DNA from: Felis catus
Lineage: Eukaryota
DNA: 64,000 nt
Assembly (NCBI RefSeq): GCF_018350175.1
Contig: NC_058368.1
Location: 32,862,001 to 32,926,000, forward strand
Reading direction: 5' to 3'
How positions within the stretch are numbered: position 1 is the first letter of the stretch; every line of letters begins with the position of its first letter. Shown one piece after another: positions 51,451-64,000 of this stretch. The translations under genes and the position numbers were made by a program. The notes under the pieces are model-generated. The model made no database searches. It saw only the letters and a program-made list of their open reading frames with translations, and was not told where the DNA came from.

Positions 51451-51889
51451 TCTGTTTTTGGTGTTCATAGAAATTGCAGTGGAATTGGAATTTAAAAATC
51501 ATGGCAGCTGTATCTATTTATAGTGTGTTTTTTTGGTCCTGTAGTTCAAGAAAGTGTCAATTGGTGGAGATTTTAACTGGGAAATTAAATTCATTAGGGG
51601 GTGATTAAATGGCAGGAGTAATAGGGAAGATTGAACTAATGCAGGTTATTACCTAAAATGCATAATAACGGAAAGAATGGGAAGGCTTGATAAAACCTTA
51701 AAGAACACAGATAATCCTCATAGACTGTAATCCGAAACAGCCATCAAAACAGAAAATTCTGAAACCTATATCATACAACATGCTTCAGCAGGCAATAAAT
51801 ACAGAAATACGTATTTCTTAGTAAGATAAATAAGATTTCAAACACTATGTTTAATTAGAATTATGCAGAGTATTTCAATGCCCTAAAAA

Positions 51890-52580
51890 TGTTTTGTGTA
51901 TTCTACCTATTTTGCTCTCCTCCGCAGTCGAGGGGATCTTTCTACTCTCTCCATAATTTTGACTTTTCCTGAATGTCATTTTGTGGAATCGTACAGAATA
52001 CATAGATTCTTCAGATTGTCTTCTTTCACTTAATAATACACATTTAATTTTTCTGATGTCTTAAGGCATTTGAGCTTACTTTTTAGTGCTGAATAATTCA
52101 TCACCTGGATATATCAGTTGATCCATTCACCTACTGAAGAGCACCTTGGTTGCCTCTAAGGGTTAGCAATTAGTAATAAAGATGGTATAAACATCTGCAT
52201 TCAGATTTTTGTGGGGTCGTAAGTGTGCAGCTGCTTTGGGTAAATACCAAGAAGCACAATGGACTTGCATATCCAAATCGTATGGTTAAAGTATGTTTCA
52301 TTTTGTACAAAAACTGCCAATATGTCTTCCTAAGTAGCTGTGCTGTTTTGTATTCCTAACAAAAATGAGAGTTCCTGTTGCTCCACAGACTTGTCAGCAT
52401 TCGGTGTTGTCTGTATTCTGGATTTTGACCACTCTAATAGCTGTAGAGTAGTATCTCATTGTTACTGTAATTCTCATTTACCTGATGACATATGATCATA
52501 TGAGGAACCTCTTATACTCCTATTTTCCAACTGTGTATCTTCTTTGGTGCAGTGTCTATTGAGGTCTTTGGTCAATTCTT
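51890..52580 (-). mobile_element. Old L1 (L1MC/MD-like) 3' fragment
   Basis: ttttcctgaatgtcat...ccattcacctactgaagagcaccttggttgc...tgagagttcctgttgctccaca. Confidence 0.85.
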
Positions 52581-52854
52581 TTCATTTTTCTTAAACAATG
52601 GAAACCAGTTTAATTTTAAATGGATTATGAAAAGAAACATAATTTCTTTAAAGTGAGAACAAATTGGAATGTTGGATATTAAGAATTCAGACACCATCTA
52701 AAGGAGTAGATGGGAGCACAAATGGATGGTTTCACCATAAATACTTTCGGTTAGTTATTATCTTGGGAATGAAAGTTTCTGAAATGTCAGCTAGATTTGG
52801 TGAAGTAAATGATGGATGTTTTGCTGTGCATTGAACAGTTTGTAGATTTATTGC

Positions 52855-52960
52855 CCTAGCTTCTGGGACTGCTGTCAGCAGATAGCCTTCAGCTGTCAGC
52901 CCTTTCAGAATTTGCCTTTATTGAAAAGAGTTTTCTGACCCAACTTGTGAACTTCGAGAG
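52855..52960 (+). mobile_element. LTR33-like ERVL LTR fragment
   Basis: gcagatagccttcagctgtcagccctttcagaatttgcc. Confidence 0.5.
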
Positions 52961-52989
52961 TTGACTCATATCTCATGAGTTCAGTATCT

Positions 52990-54800
52990 ATGTGGGACCA
53001 GACTCTGAGTGTGCTTGAGCAATGGATGCAGGCATGAGAATGGATAAGGGAGAAGTTATTGATGTAGCATCAATTTCCTGAGATACTGGATTTCGGAATA
53101 TAGCAAAGATTTCCACGTGATAGCTGCATTAAATTAGATGAACTCTAGAAGCATGTGAAAAGCAATAGGCGAAGTTGAACTGTGGTCACTTATGGAGAAA
53201 AAGAATAAAAAGATTCAAGGGCATATATGTGTTGGAACAGATATGATGCATAAGACCAGAAAATCCATTAGATGTTTTCTACAGAAAGGTCTGGAAGGTG
53301 TACAAATTAAGGAGTGCTATTAGGAATGTACTGGTAGGATGATGCCAGTGTCATGAAGGAACAGACTTTCTGCTGTTGGCAAATAATGTTGAGAAAAGCA
53401 TATGATAGACCTATTGGCAGAAAGAGGGCTGATAAAACTTCCAAAAGGAGAAACCAGGTAGTGGTGTTTAATACTTGAAACTAAGTACATGTAAGTATAA
53501 CAAAACTTCTACTCAGTGTTGCTCTGTGCCGATTTCAGCCTACTGATAGCAATGCTACGGGCTAAAATTGCCTGAGGCACTCACCTGGTTATGTATTACT
53601 TTTGGGAACATTTCCCTGATTGGAGCCCATGTTACACCTTGGCTGTTACAAGATGCACCTCAGCAACAACCATCAGTGAACTTCAGAAAAACAAAGTTTA
53701 CTACTCATAAGTCTTAGAGGGTACGTGGTTTGCCCAGGGCCACACAGTGAGGTTGCATGTAGGAAGAGCTGGGGTGATGCCTTTTTTTTTTTTTTTTGGA
53801 TTCGGGGTGGGGTGCCTGGGCTTTCACAGTTCCACTCTTTATTGGTGAGTTTAAAACTTAAGAACAGGAATTAAAGCATGGTAAGGGAAAAGAAAGTCAT
53901 TCAAATGGTCAGTTATTTAGGTCTACCAGAACTTTCTTTAAAAAAAAAAAGAATGAAAGCACAACTCCACAGGTGGGGGGCAGCCTGGCTCTTTATCTAG
54001 TTCTGTATCTGGCATTGTGTTAATGTGTTTGTTTGAGATGGGTATCTTTGAAGTGGATGCTCCAGCAATCAAAAGCTTAGTGTTAGACACTTAGAACAAA
54101 AAACCCACAGGTTGTCAGACACAGAAACTATATACAATCCCAAGAAATTGAGGTTGATAATAAGAAGAGGGCACTCTACTAAGAAGAAACAATTCTTGTC
54201 CAGGTTCCAGATCTGAGACAGTTTGAGAACCCAGAATGCACTGATTGAATGAGGGGGTCATATCCCCAAGAAGAAAAACCCTGCAACACCAATACAATTT
54301 GTACATGGTGATGTTTCCTCTGGGCTTTCACCAAGGGGACCTATAGCCATATTCTCCAACTGTACACTGGGGAAAGCGGAATACCTAATGGTGTCTGGGA
54401 CCATTTCATACACATTACAAAGTTAGCATGGCACCAAGTTAGATGGATGGAGGCAAGGTAATAAAGGGAGATCTGGCCAAGGTCCAATTCAGTTAATTGA
54501 ATGTGTCCAGGGAAGAACACATCTTGTCACTTTCTGGTCTGTGAATGTATAATTGAGATAGACACACTTGGTAGTTGATGCAACACCTATAATGGGTCCT
54601 TGGCTTATCTGGTAGGGGATGTCCTAGTGATAGGAAAACCAAATAGAAACCTCTGAAACTGCCTTGCCCATGAAAGCCAAGGTAGTAAATGAACAAACAA
54701 ACAAAAAATCACATCCTTGAGAAGGAGGTGATGCAGAAATGAGAATCACCTGTAAGTATCTAAAGAATGCAAGGCTAGTGGTCCTTTTCATATACTGACT
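52990..54800 (+). mobile_element. ERVL-MaLR internal relic, copy 2, split by an LTR insertion
   Basis: gag-like MDKGEVID and IKRF...IRPENP...IRNVLV segments; after the insert, ccaaggggacctatagccat...gtacactggggaaag (protease region). Confidence 0.7.
53517..54098 (-). mobile_element. MER74-like ERVL solo LTR
   Basis: Reverse strand starts TGTTCTAAGTGTCTAACACTAAGCTTTTGATTGCTGGAGCATCCACTTCAAAGATACCCATCTC, like MER74. Confidence 0.6.
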
Positions 54801-54945
54801 TATCAGTTAATGGAGTTTTGTCTCAGATACCAGGAGACTTGTTACAAAAACTTCAATCATCAGTCTCTGCATGCTTTGTACTAAACTCTGTGTTTGAGAT
54901 GGCTTCCTATAGGACATAATCTAAAACATTTGAGGATGAGAAATG

Positions 54946-54986
<41 letters not shown>

Positions 54987-55499
54987 TGTGTGTGTCCTTA
55001 ATTTAGCACTCAAGATACAAATCCCCACATATAAATATTTCTTTATTTTAATCAAAGTTTCATATTATATATCAATGAAGTATAATTGTTTTAATAAATA
55101 GGGACTAATGACAATGTGTCTAAAAGTAAGTGTACTTATTTCCTATCTGCTAATGATAGCACAAAGAATGGAAAATACATGGAAAAAATATTTTGATATG
55201 CCAAAACCTAAAACTTTACTGCTGATATTAACTTCTATCTAGTAAACCAGAACATAATAAACCTTATGGTAACAAACCTCATATTTTATCAGGTAATTCG
55301 TACTTTAAGGATATAGTATGTTTATAAAATGACAAATATCAGAGGGGGTGACAAATTCCATTTGTGGCACATCAAATAAAATGAATCAATATTTAGGTAA
55401 GGAAAGACTTGCACCAAAAGGATCATTGTCATAAGAAGGTCATGAGGCTATATAACATTAGAGTAAATGCTCCAATCATGAGATCTGTAAGCAACTCAA

Positions 55500-55700
55500 A
55501 GTTGAGGCAGAGAAAGGATGATGGTGTGTTTATTGGACAGTTGAGCAGGAAATGTTTTTTCTTAAGCTGATTCCCAGGAGGGTCTTTGAGAGCAAGATGT
55601 TATACCTTCCAGTGCTCATGTATTGGCCCAAATTCTTGGGCCTAGGTAAGGAGAAAAGCTTCCCTAAAGTTTGGTCAAGTCGGATGTTTTTGTCTGGATT
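55500..55700 (-). mobile_element. MER67/MER31-like ERV1 LTR fragment
   Basis: Reverse strand CTTGACCAAACTTTAGGGAAGCTTTTCTCCTTACCTAGGCCC...AGCACTGGAA. Confidence 0.45.
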
Positions 55701-55843
55701 GAGGTGTGGGTACAATCTGCAGAGCTAACCATTTATAAGGCAAAAAAAAATTTTTTTTGCGAGTACTTTAGCAGTAATCATTTAGCTTCCTAGTCCCTTA
55801 ATCGTGAACAGTAATCAGTAATTTATTTACTTGGCACAAACTG

Positions 55844-55878
<35 letters not shown>

Positions 55879-56324
55879 CGCGTGCATGTATGCCCTGTAT
55901 TAAGAGATGGAAAAGAATTGATTTTGCTTTGGATATGTAATGACTCAGGTGTGGTTGTGCGAAATCCTAGGATTTCTTTGAAAAATATATACCAAGTAGA
56001 ATACCTTTAAAAAGTATACCAAGATCTCATATTAAAGGCATATGAGTAAGTTTAATTAACAGTCAATAATTATACCCTATGAGCAATCTTATGAGTCAGC
56101 TCCACTATACAAATGAGAAATCGTGTCATTTTTCTTTCTCTGAATTGGCACAACTCATTCCTGTAGTATGCAGATGTGCTTTGCTCTATAGCAAACTCTA
56201 TCCTATCCTGTTTTAATAAGCCACTCATGATTCTTATTTGTGTTTTTATTCATGTCAATTACCTTAATCAACCGTGGTAAACTATTCATTTCCTTGCTTC
56301 TCCCTAATCAGTTATGTTTCAACA

Positions 56325-56510
56325 ATAACACACAACATGTATTTGTATTTGCTATATGTGCCAACCACTACTCTGTGCAATTTTTATGTATTAACTCGTT
56401 AATTTTTTACAAGAATGCCATGAATCAATTACTTGCATCCATATTTTACAGATGAAGAAAGTGAGATTCATAACTCAGGATCACACAGTAATTGGTGGAA
56501 CTCAGATTTT
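56325..56510 (-). mobile_element. MIR
   Basis: catattttacagatgaagaaagtgagattca...aggatcacacagtaattggtggaactcagattt. Confidence 0.75.
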
Positions 56511-56938
56511 AAAATATGTAGATTGTATTAGCATCTATAATGCTACTATTGACTATAAGTGCTAGACTGTTGTGCACAAGTAATTTTTATCTACTAAAAC
56601 AGAGGTCAACACGCCCTATGTCAATTCAGCTTATTTGAAAACATAAATGGTCTTTAAACACACATTCATGTATTTCTTGTGTTCTCCTATGCCTTCATTC
56701 CTAAGCTGACATGGATATCAAACATTCCATATAAAAGCATTTAATTATTTTCTCCATAATGGCTATGTATACAGAATGCCCTGCATCTAAGCATATTCTA
56801 TATACCACTAATTTATCAATTCTGCGAATATTTTCCCTTCATTTTGTTTTAAAATACCCTAACATTCATGAAGACCTTTCCTTAAATGTCTCTGGGTAAA
56901 TTTATTGGGCACATCTTATCTTAGAAATCCTGTGACTA

Positions 56939-57150
56939 GTGGTGCCTGGGTGGCTCAGTCAGTTAAGCATCATATCATGGCCATGGCTCAGGTCATGATC
57001 TCGTGGTTCCTGAGTTTGGGCCCCGCATCGGGCTCTGTGCTGACAGCTCAGAGCCTGGAACCTGTTTCAGATTCTGTGTCTCCTTCTCTCTCTTCCCTTG
57101 CCCTGCTCACTCTGTCTTTTTCTCTCTCAAAAATAGATTAAAAACATTAG
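56939..57150 (+). mobile_element. Can-SINE (SINEC_Fc-type)
   Basis: ggtgcctgggtggctcagtcagttaagc head, CT tract, tail. Confidence 0.92.
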
Positions 57151-57156
57151 AATTTA

Positions 57157-57374
57157 TTTCCTTCTCGGTTTCCTTCTCGGTTTCCTTCTCGGTTTCCTTC
57201 TCGGTTTCCTTCTCGGTTTCCTTCTCGGTTTCCTTCTCGGTTTCCTTCTCGGTTTCCTTCTCGGTTTCCTTCTCGGTTTCCTTCTCGGTTTCCTTCTCGG
57301 TTTCCTTCTCGGTTTCCTTCTCGGTTTCCTTCTCGGTTTCCTTCTCGGTTTCCTTCTCGGTTTCTCTTTCTTTC

Positions 57375-57420
<46 letters not shown>
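57157..57420. repeat. Perfect 12-bp tandem repeat (TTTCCTTCTCGG)x17 followed by (GT)n
   Basis: Seventeen identical units at 57157-57360; (GT)n at ~57378-57420. Confidence 0.98.
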
Positions 57421-57425
<5 letters not shown>

Positions 57426-57894
57426 AGCACCCTTGGTAGTGAAGAATTTGGGCCTGGGATTATCCTCTAGTGTGCAGACATAGACTCATTCCTGCTAGAA
57501 CAGACAAATAGCACTTCAAAGGGACATTCTAAAATATATTAAATGACAATGGCTGATGTCAAAATGACAAGAAATGTACCAAAAACAATTGATGGTCTTT
57601 GAACATTATGTTCTATTTCATTGACTAATTCATCCTCTCAGATTATTTGTGATCACTTAAGAGTATGACATGAATTGTGTACCTTAGCTAGGAGCTGATG
57701 AAACATACTTGAAAGGCCCGGGTAAAATAGAAATACACAAAGGCAGGAAAATAAAGGGAATTCTAACTTCAGTTAATATTTTTAATCATAAGTTAGAAAC
57801 TTAAAAGCCTAGGAGTGTTCAATTTTTTTGTGACTTGCTTTGGGAAAAAAAAAAAAAAGTCTCTGGATTCTGAAAACAATTGCCCTGTGTTCTA

Positions 57895-58080
57895 ACCATT
57901 TCTGTTGTGGTCAAATAATATACTTTAAATTATTTAAATCCTGTTAAATTTACTGGATTTTGTTTGGTTTTGTTTTTTATGGCTCAGCAGCTGGTCTCCC
58001 TTGGTGAATTAACCATCAGCACTTGAAGAATGCATATATTCTGTTCTTGTTGAATGTGGGGTTCTACAAATGCCAACTGA
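57895..58080 (-). mobile_element. Old L1 ORF2 endonuclease-region relic
   Basis: gttgtggtcaaataatatac...gcacttgaagaatgcatatattctgttcttgttgaatgtggggttctacaaatgcca. Confidence 0.6.
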
Positions 58081-58098
58081 GAAAAAGATAATTCTCCT

Positions 58099-58473
58099 TG
58101 TTATGGAAAGAATACTTGTGTCCCCCACCTTACCCCCCCAGCAAATTCATGTGTTGAAGTTCCTAATATGAAGGTGTTCAGAGACAGGGCCTTTGGGTGA
58201 TAATTAGTTTTAGATTAAGCCATGACAATACACCCCTCATGATTGGATTAGTGACCTTCGAAGAAGTAAAAGGGAGATGGCATTTTCCTTACCCTGTGTG
58301 AACATTGGGAAGCAGATGGCCACCTGCAAGCACAAAAGAGCCTTACTAGGACTTGACAATGGTGGCACCCAGATCTCAAACTACTGTCCTACAGAACTGT
58401 GAGAAAATACATTTTGTTATTTAAGCCATGCAGTCCACAGCATTGTGTTATGGCAGCCTGAACTGATTTGATA
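58099..58473 (+). mobile_element. MLT1A-like MaLR solo LTR
   Basis: TGTTATGG start, ggcctttggg...gattagtg...agaactgtgagaaaatacatt...gttatggcagcctga; 5-bp TSD ctcct/ctccc. Confidence 0.88.
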
Positions 58474-58774
58474 CTCCCCATCAAATCATTATGTAGTATA
58501 TGCAATAGATCATACATACTAATGTAGTAGAATTGAAATATATTAGAACCCAGGAAGATTATATTTGAGTGCATACATATATTTGTCGGTTTTTGCATAT
58601 TTATGCTCCCTTTATTCAATCAGTAGATTATTTATAATTCACAATTAGATAACAACTTCTATAATTGTATAATATAATACACAGTATTAATATGTTTAGC
58701 AATTACCTGCAACAGAATCAATATAGATTAGTAGAAACTATTTTTGTGTCTATCAACATTAGTAGACAATGCAT

Positions 58775-58910
58775 TTTAAAACGTTTATTTTGAGAAAGAG
58801 AGAAAGAGTAAATTGCCAGTGCAGAGCCCAACCCTGGGCTCTATCCCATGACCCTTGAAATCATGATCTGAGCCAAGGGCAAGAATAAGACACAGCCACA
58901 TAGGTACCCC
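58775..58910 (-). mobile_element. Short or deleted Can-SINE
   Basis: SINE remnants; TSD aatgcattttaa. Confidence 0.8.
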
Positions 58911-61444
58911 AATAAATAATGCATTTTAATCTTTAGATGATATATCAATTTCATTCAAATTATTTTGAAATTATCTTTCTACCTTATGTATTACCAGAAA
59001 GATATCATTGGCAAAAAAGATATTCTAAGATTGGAATCTAAGAAACCTAAAATTCACATAATTTTGCTATTCACTAACTTCTGGGGGGCAAATTACACAA
59101 AACTCAGAATACCAACTTTCTAAACTTCAAAATTGAAATAGCATTTATAATTATACACACTTCCCAAAGGACTAACAAAAGGTAGAAAATATTGGTGAGA
59201 GTAATCAAGTTATCCCAACATTTCTATTTCTTCTATTTACCTTAATATTTAATGTTGCAGAGAGCTAAGTTTTGATGTAGCAAGAATACGATAGAGGGGC
59301 AAAATAACTTTAGTAAAGTAACTTACTGAAACTCAAACTATAACCATATACGAAAAGGAATCTTGAGCATTGGCATTGTGCCGTCATAATGTCTTTTCTC
59401 TAACTTCTCAAATAGTATTGTTAAATTTGAGAATTAGAAGGTTCATGCAGACTTCCCAATAGGATGTAATGTAAAACAGCATCTCCACTGTTGAAACACT
59501 AAATTCAGACTCAGACTGGAGCTGTAGAGTTATCCAGGTTTCGGGAGGTGTCTTGGTCAGTAGAATGGAGGGAACTTGATGGAGAAGGAAAAACATGGGG
59601 CAGTTTCTGTACCCAGAGAAGATCCTATAGGAGAAGGAGGATCCCCACATGGAGTTTTGTTTCTTGTTGCCTCAAATATATAGGAGGCCCTTTTATCACC
59701 ACAAACTAAATTCTAAGTATTAAATAAGGCTATAAAAAAGATAAAGGAAAAAGATAGTGGTAGTAGGAAAGGAGTGCATGCATTTGTGAGGTTGAATAAT
59801 TGATGGAGTTGAGACCTTAAAGGGCATAAGAAGGAAAGATAAATGATGGCTAGAGAGATGACTAACATCAAGGTTATATAGAGATTTCAGTCGCTAATAG
59901 CAGGTCCTGCTAATGATCATGGGGGTGAGCAAATGGGGTAGAGTGGTTGAAAATATCCTTCAAGAAAATGATGAGGAGGAGACGACAGGGGAGGAGGAAA
60001 GGAAAAAAAAGAGAAGGAAAAGACAAAGAAGAAAAGCTAGGGGTTTTGAAATACCTGTCAGATATTAAAGTTGGCCAGGAATTATGAAGAAGTACTATGG
60101 AGAATGATAATGAGCCAGGGATAAAATTGTTGATAAGAAGAAAATGACCCAGCTTTCATCTGATGAACGTACAGGAAGACTTTAGTATATTGTAAATTGG
60201 ATACTTGTTATTCCAGGTTATATGATGTCCTCCCTACCAGCAAGAAAAATGTGCAACTGCCATTTGCCATATGACTTCAATGTCTCTTGGTGGGAGGAGA
60301 ATGCTTCCTAACCCATAAAGATCATATTTAACTGTGGGACTAGTTTTGGCTAATGAGATATAATCATAGTGGTCAGGGCTTCCAAAGCTATAGTTATTTC
60401 TACTATTGTGTCATTTTCTTTTAATGAGAGAATGGAATATTTAGATAAGGACTATCTTTTCAATGCCCATTTAGGATAAAAACAAATTAATGTTCAAAAG
60501 ATATATTTGAAAGCCCAAGAATTAACATCAAATTTAACGACCATTATTTGTTTCCCTATGATAGGGAACAAATCAAGTATGTTAATTCTTGACACTTCTA
60601 TTTTGTTGTGGTTTTTATCTAGTAAATTCTGTAAAAGCTAAATAGCATTAGATCGTACAGAAAGAAATTGAACCAATTTATTTGCATACAACATAATGAC
60701 ACTCCTAGAATGTCCAGTGAATTTAGCAAGATACTAGCCCAATACAGAAAAATAAGTTACATTTCTATATATTAGAAAGAAAGAAACATAAAATGGTTCT
60801 GTGGGAGATATTGATTAGATAAGAACAAAACGTACTTTCTTGGGGGTGGTGGGAATGTTCTATAGCATCATTCACATGGTGGTACTACAGAAGGATGCAT
60901 TTGACAAAACTCATTGAAATTCAACACTTAAGATGGACTCATTTTACTATATAAAGCATCTAAATTGTTTTAAAAGGGAAAAAATAAGCAAGGGTGAAAT
61001 AACTTTATGTTAAATAAATTGACTATCATATTAAACACATATAAAATAGATTGTAAATTAATGATCTGATTTATGGTACCAGAGGAACAAAATACCATAT
61101 TTTGGTTTAAATCCAAAAACATTATCTAAAAATTAGATAAATTCAATGTTTTCCTAACCAAACCGAAAAAAATATTGGAGTAAATCAAACTATATCAAAA
61201 TTAGTGTCTGGGATACACTAACACACATATATACACAAAGCCGACCCTCTTTGTCTAAGGGTATTTATTTTAGAATTTGACAAAAAAAAAATACCAAGCC
61301 TCATCTTTGCAGAAAAGTAAATTCGGGAAAAAAAAAAAGAAAAGATTGAGGGGATATCTGGAAATTGAAAGGCAATATTAAACTACTACAAGTGGTTGAA
61401 AATACTATCAACTGTTAAAAAAGCTCATGGGGTGATAGTGGAAA

Positions 61445-61637
61445 TTTTTTTAAGTTTACTTGTTTTTGGAAGAATGTACACCAGCAAGGGGGGGACAGAG
61501 AAAGAAAGAGGAAATCCCAAGCTGACTCCATGCTGTCAGCACAGAGTGGCACGGGGCTCAATCTCCTGGACTGTGATAGTGACCTGAGCTGAAGTCAAGA
61601 GTAGGATGCTTACTTGACTGAACCACCCAGACACCCC
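61445..61637 (-). mobile_element. Can-SINE (older)
   Basis: Full SINE layout on the minus strand. Confidence 0.88.
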
Positions 61638-61659
61638 AGAAATTGTTCGTTTTTTTTTC

Positions 61660-62097
61660 TAACTCCGTTATACAATACAGTGTTATCATGTATTGATAAC
61701 ATCTTTTATACCACATTTTACATTAGATCTCAGTACTTACTTTATAACTGAACATTTGCACCCTTTTACCAACCTCTCCCTGTTCACTCCCACCCCCCCC
61801 CACCCTGTCTAGACCCTGACTACCAGGTTTCTACTCTGTCTCTATGACTTTGACTATTTTTTCCTAAGATTTACATATAAGTGATTCTGTGCAGTATTAT
61901 AGTCTTTGTGTTTGGCTTAGTTCATTTAGCATAATGGTCCTCAATATCCATTCATGTTATCACAAATGGCAGGATTGCCTTCTTTCTCGTGGCTACATAA
62001 TACTCCATTGTATATAGTATACATTCACCATATCTGCCTTATCCATTCCTGGGTTGATCCACTTTGGTTGTTTCCATACCTTGGCTATTATGAATGA
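61660..62097 (-). mobile_element. L1 3'UTR fragment
   Basis: gatttacatataagtga...cacaaatggcaggatt...ttccataccttggctattatgaat. Confidence 0.8.
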
Positions 62098-62122
62098 AAA
62101 GATTGTTGAGATGTTTGCAAAA

Positions 62123-62642
62123 TGGGGTAGGCTGAATAAATATCATAGATGATCCTGTTTTAATACCTGGACATTGTGAATGTTCTCATATGTCTAGACA
62201 AACTGTACATACATAATTAATTGAAAGATACTGAGATGAAGTGATTTTATGGATTTCCCAGGTGGGTCTTACAGGGAGCCTGAAGGTTAGAATGAGTAGC
62301 AAGAGATGCGATGATGGAAGCAAGGGATAGGAAAGATGTAAGGAAGGGACTAGAATGCAGATGACCATTAGAAGCAGAAAGGCAGGTAAGGAATCTACTC
62401 CATATGGTTGGACTATATGCTAACAAATTTGGATGTAAATTAAAAAAAAATAAAGTAAAAAACTGAAAAAAAAAAAAAGGCAGGAACTGGGTTCTCCTCT
62501 GAAGCCTTCAGAAGGAAATGTAAGTTTGACACTGCCTTGATTTTAGATGTGTGACATCTGGAACTGTAAAAGAACAACTCTTTTTTGTTTTAAGCCACTA
62601 AGTATGTGGTAAAGTGCATAACAGCAGCAGGAAACCAATACA
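62123..62642 (+). mobile_element. MLT1D-like MaLR solo LTR
   Basis: ggtaggctgaataa...cctggacattgtgaatgtt...ttctcctctgaagccttcagaagga...acagcagcaggaaaccaataca. Confidence 0.75.
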
Positions 62643-62899
62643 GAGAGTTTACATGTTTGAATGTGTTCGTGGTCTGACAGCAACAATAAAAATGATATGG
62701 TTATGTTGAAATTTCTGTGTGTAGTAGATTTCAATAAAACATTTTAGAAAGGAAAATAGCTAAAGCAATTATGGCAAAATTTGTACCTTTGGCAAAGCTT
62801 TGTGGTAACAAGCGTGGTGTTGTGCTGTTTTCTATTTTTGTGGAATATTTTATATTAAATAGCTGCAACTAGGTATCAAATAATTTCTATTAGAAATGG

Positions 62900-63410
62900 A
62901 CACGGAGAAGAAAAGGAATCCTATGGTTGTCAGGGCTAAGAATATCTCTTTGAAGAATGACAGCTAAGTTGGAGGAAGAGTGGGAACAAGTTTATTAAGT
63001 TAAGAAGAATGAAAGAAATCCAGTATTTGTAGGGAGTAATGCGAAAAGCAAAGCATGACCAATATAAAAATGGACAGATTGTCAGATAATGTGGGCCTTG
63101 AAGACTACAGTCAGGTATTTGAATTTATTTGAAATGTGAAGCCGTTGGAGGGTTTGGAACAGGGAGAAGGGAAATAGTCTGATTTATATTGCATAAATTA
63201 CTATACCTGTTATGTACTCTACTGTGTTTGAAGCAAGGTGAACCGAAGATGGGATAGAGGACTCTCTGGAAGCACTCTAATTAAGAGAAGATGGTGGTTG
63301 ATACAAGACTGTGGCAAGGATGAAAAAGAAATCTGTGCACATGTGAAAAATATGACAGGCTTTGCTGGCGGATTAGGTGTGGGACTGAGGGAATGGACCA
63401 GGAATAATCT
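62900..63410 (-). mobile_element. L2 fragment
   Basis: gggccttgaagac...gaagccgttggagggtttggaacaggg...tctgatttata...acaggctttgctggcggattaggtgtggga. Confidence 0.75.
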
Positions 63411-64000
63411 CTCCTCTGACAATCGTGTGTTCTTTCTGTAGTAAAAATATAAGTGAAAAAAATAGACGTGAGGCATTTTGGTTTATTAAGATTATATTTT
63501 TGCCTTGAATTAAAAATCAGAATTTCATTGTGTATTTATTTTTAGGATTTCATTTTATTTGCTATATATTTTAACCCCAAAATTTTTTTTGATGTATTTT
63601 GCCTCTGGTTCATTTCTAAAAAGTCTTTTAATAAACAAATACTGTTGGTTGATTACAGCTCTCTAGGAGGTAGAAGGGTAAACACAAGTCTTGGCCCCTG
63701 CCTCAGAGAAATAGTCACTTTGAGTCAGTGATTCTAGGGATCATTTGAAGCTTTGCTTTGACTGTAGAGTGAGAGTCTTTTAACATGTGAGTGGCATATA
63801 ATACATGAAATTTAATAACATAAATTTTCCTGTTGCTTTTAATAATTTTTAAAGGGATTCCTATATTTTTTTGTTAATTTTAAACTAATTATTGGATGAT
63901 TTAAAACAGCGCCATAAATCTGCAAATATAAAAATGTTCGATGTAAAAACTTCTTGTAAGCTGTAGCATAGAATGAAATTGTTTCAGTATAATACCAAAA

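Noticed and set aside
42039..57360. Regular repeat arrays as possible CRISPR-like loci
   Set aside because: The units are contiguous with no spacers, the context is mammalian, and there are no cas genes.
57003..57430. 139-aa and 107-aa ORFs (SVSF / ETEK repeats)
   Set aside because: They are translations of a SINE plus a stop-free 12-bp tandem repeat and (GT)n; there is no coding evidence.

Overview
This is AT-rich, repeat-dense mammalian genomic DNA, almost certainly feline: it carries about 29 carnivore tRNA-derived Can-SINEs, including young SINEC_Fc-type copies, and a carnivore L1 5' end. I can find no host protein-coding exon, RNA gene or CRISPR array, and the track ORFs I examined are repeat- or microsatellite-derived or look like chance ORFs. 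The window reads as intergenic or deep-intronic sequence layered with transposons. These are: (1) the intact 5'UTR and ORF1 start of a young minus-strand L1 inserted into an older plus-strand L1; (2) many SINE, L1, L2 and MIR fragments; (3) two CR1/L3 relics; (4) MaLR, ERVL and ERV1 LTRs; (5) a truncated MER4-group ERV1 provirus with nested LTRs at 45.8-50.25 kb; (6) MaLR internal relics at 50.3-54.8 kb. I do not see a convincing new biological system. The signals most worth checking are a ~1 kb CpG-retaining, promoter-like patch with splice donors at 36.7-37.75 kb, a decayed mariner-like transposase frame at ~9.8-10.2 kb, an RTE-like relic at ~13.5-14.3 kb, antisense ORFs with a splice donor in the L1 5'UTR, and two perfect tandem arrays (10-mer and 12-mer). 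Repeat family names are from recognition of consensus motifs, not from a database search, and most boundaries are approximate.
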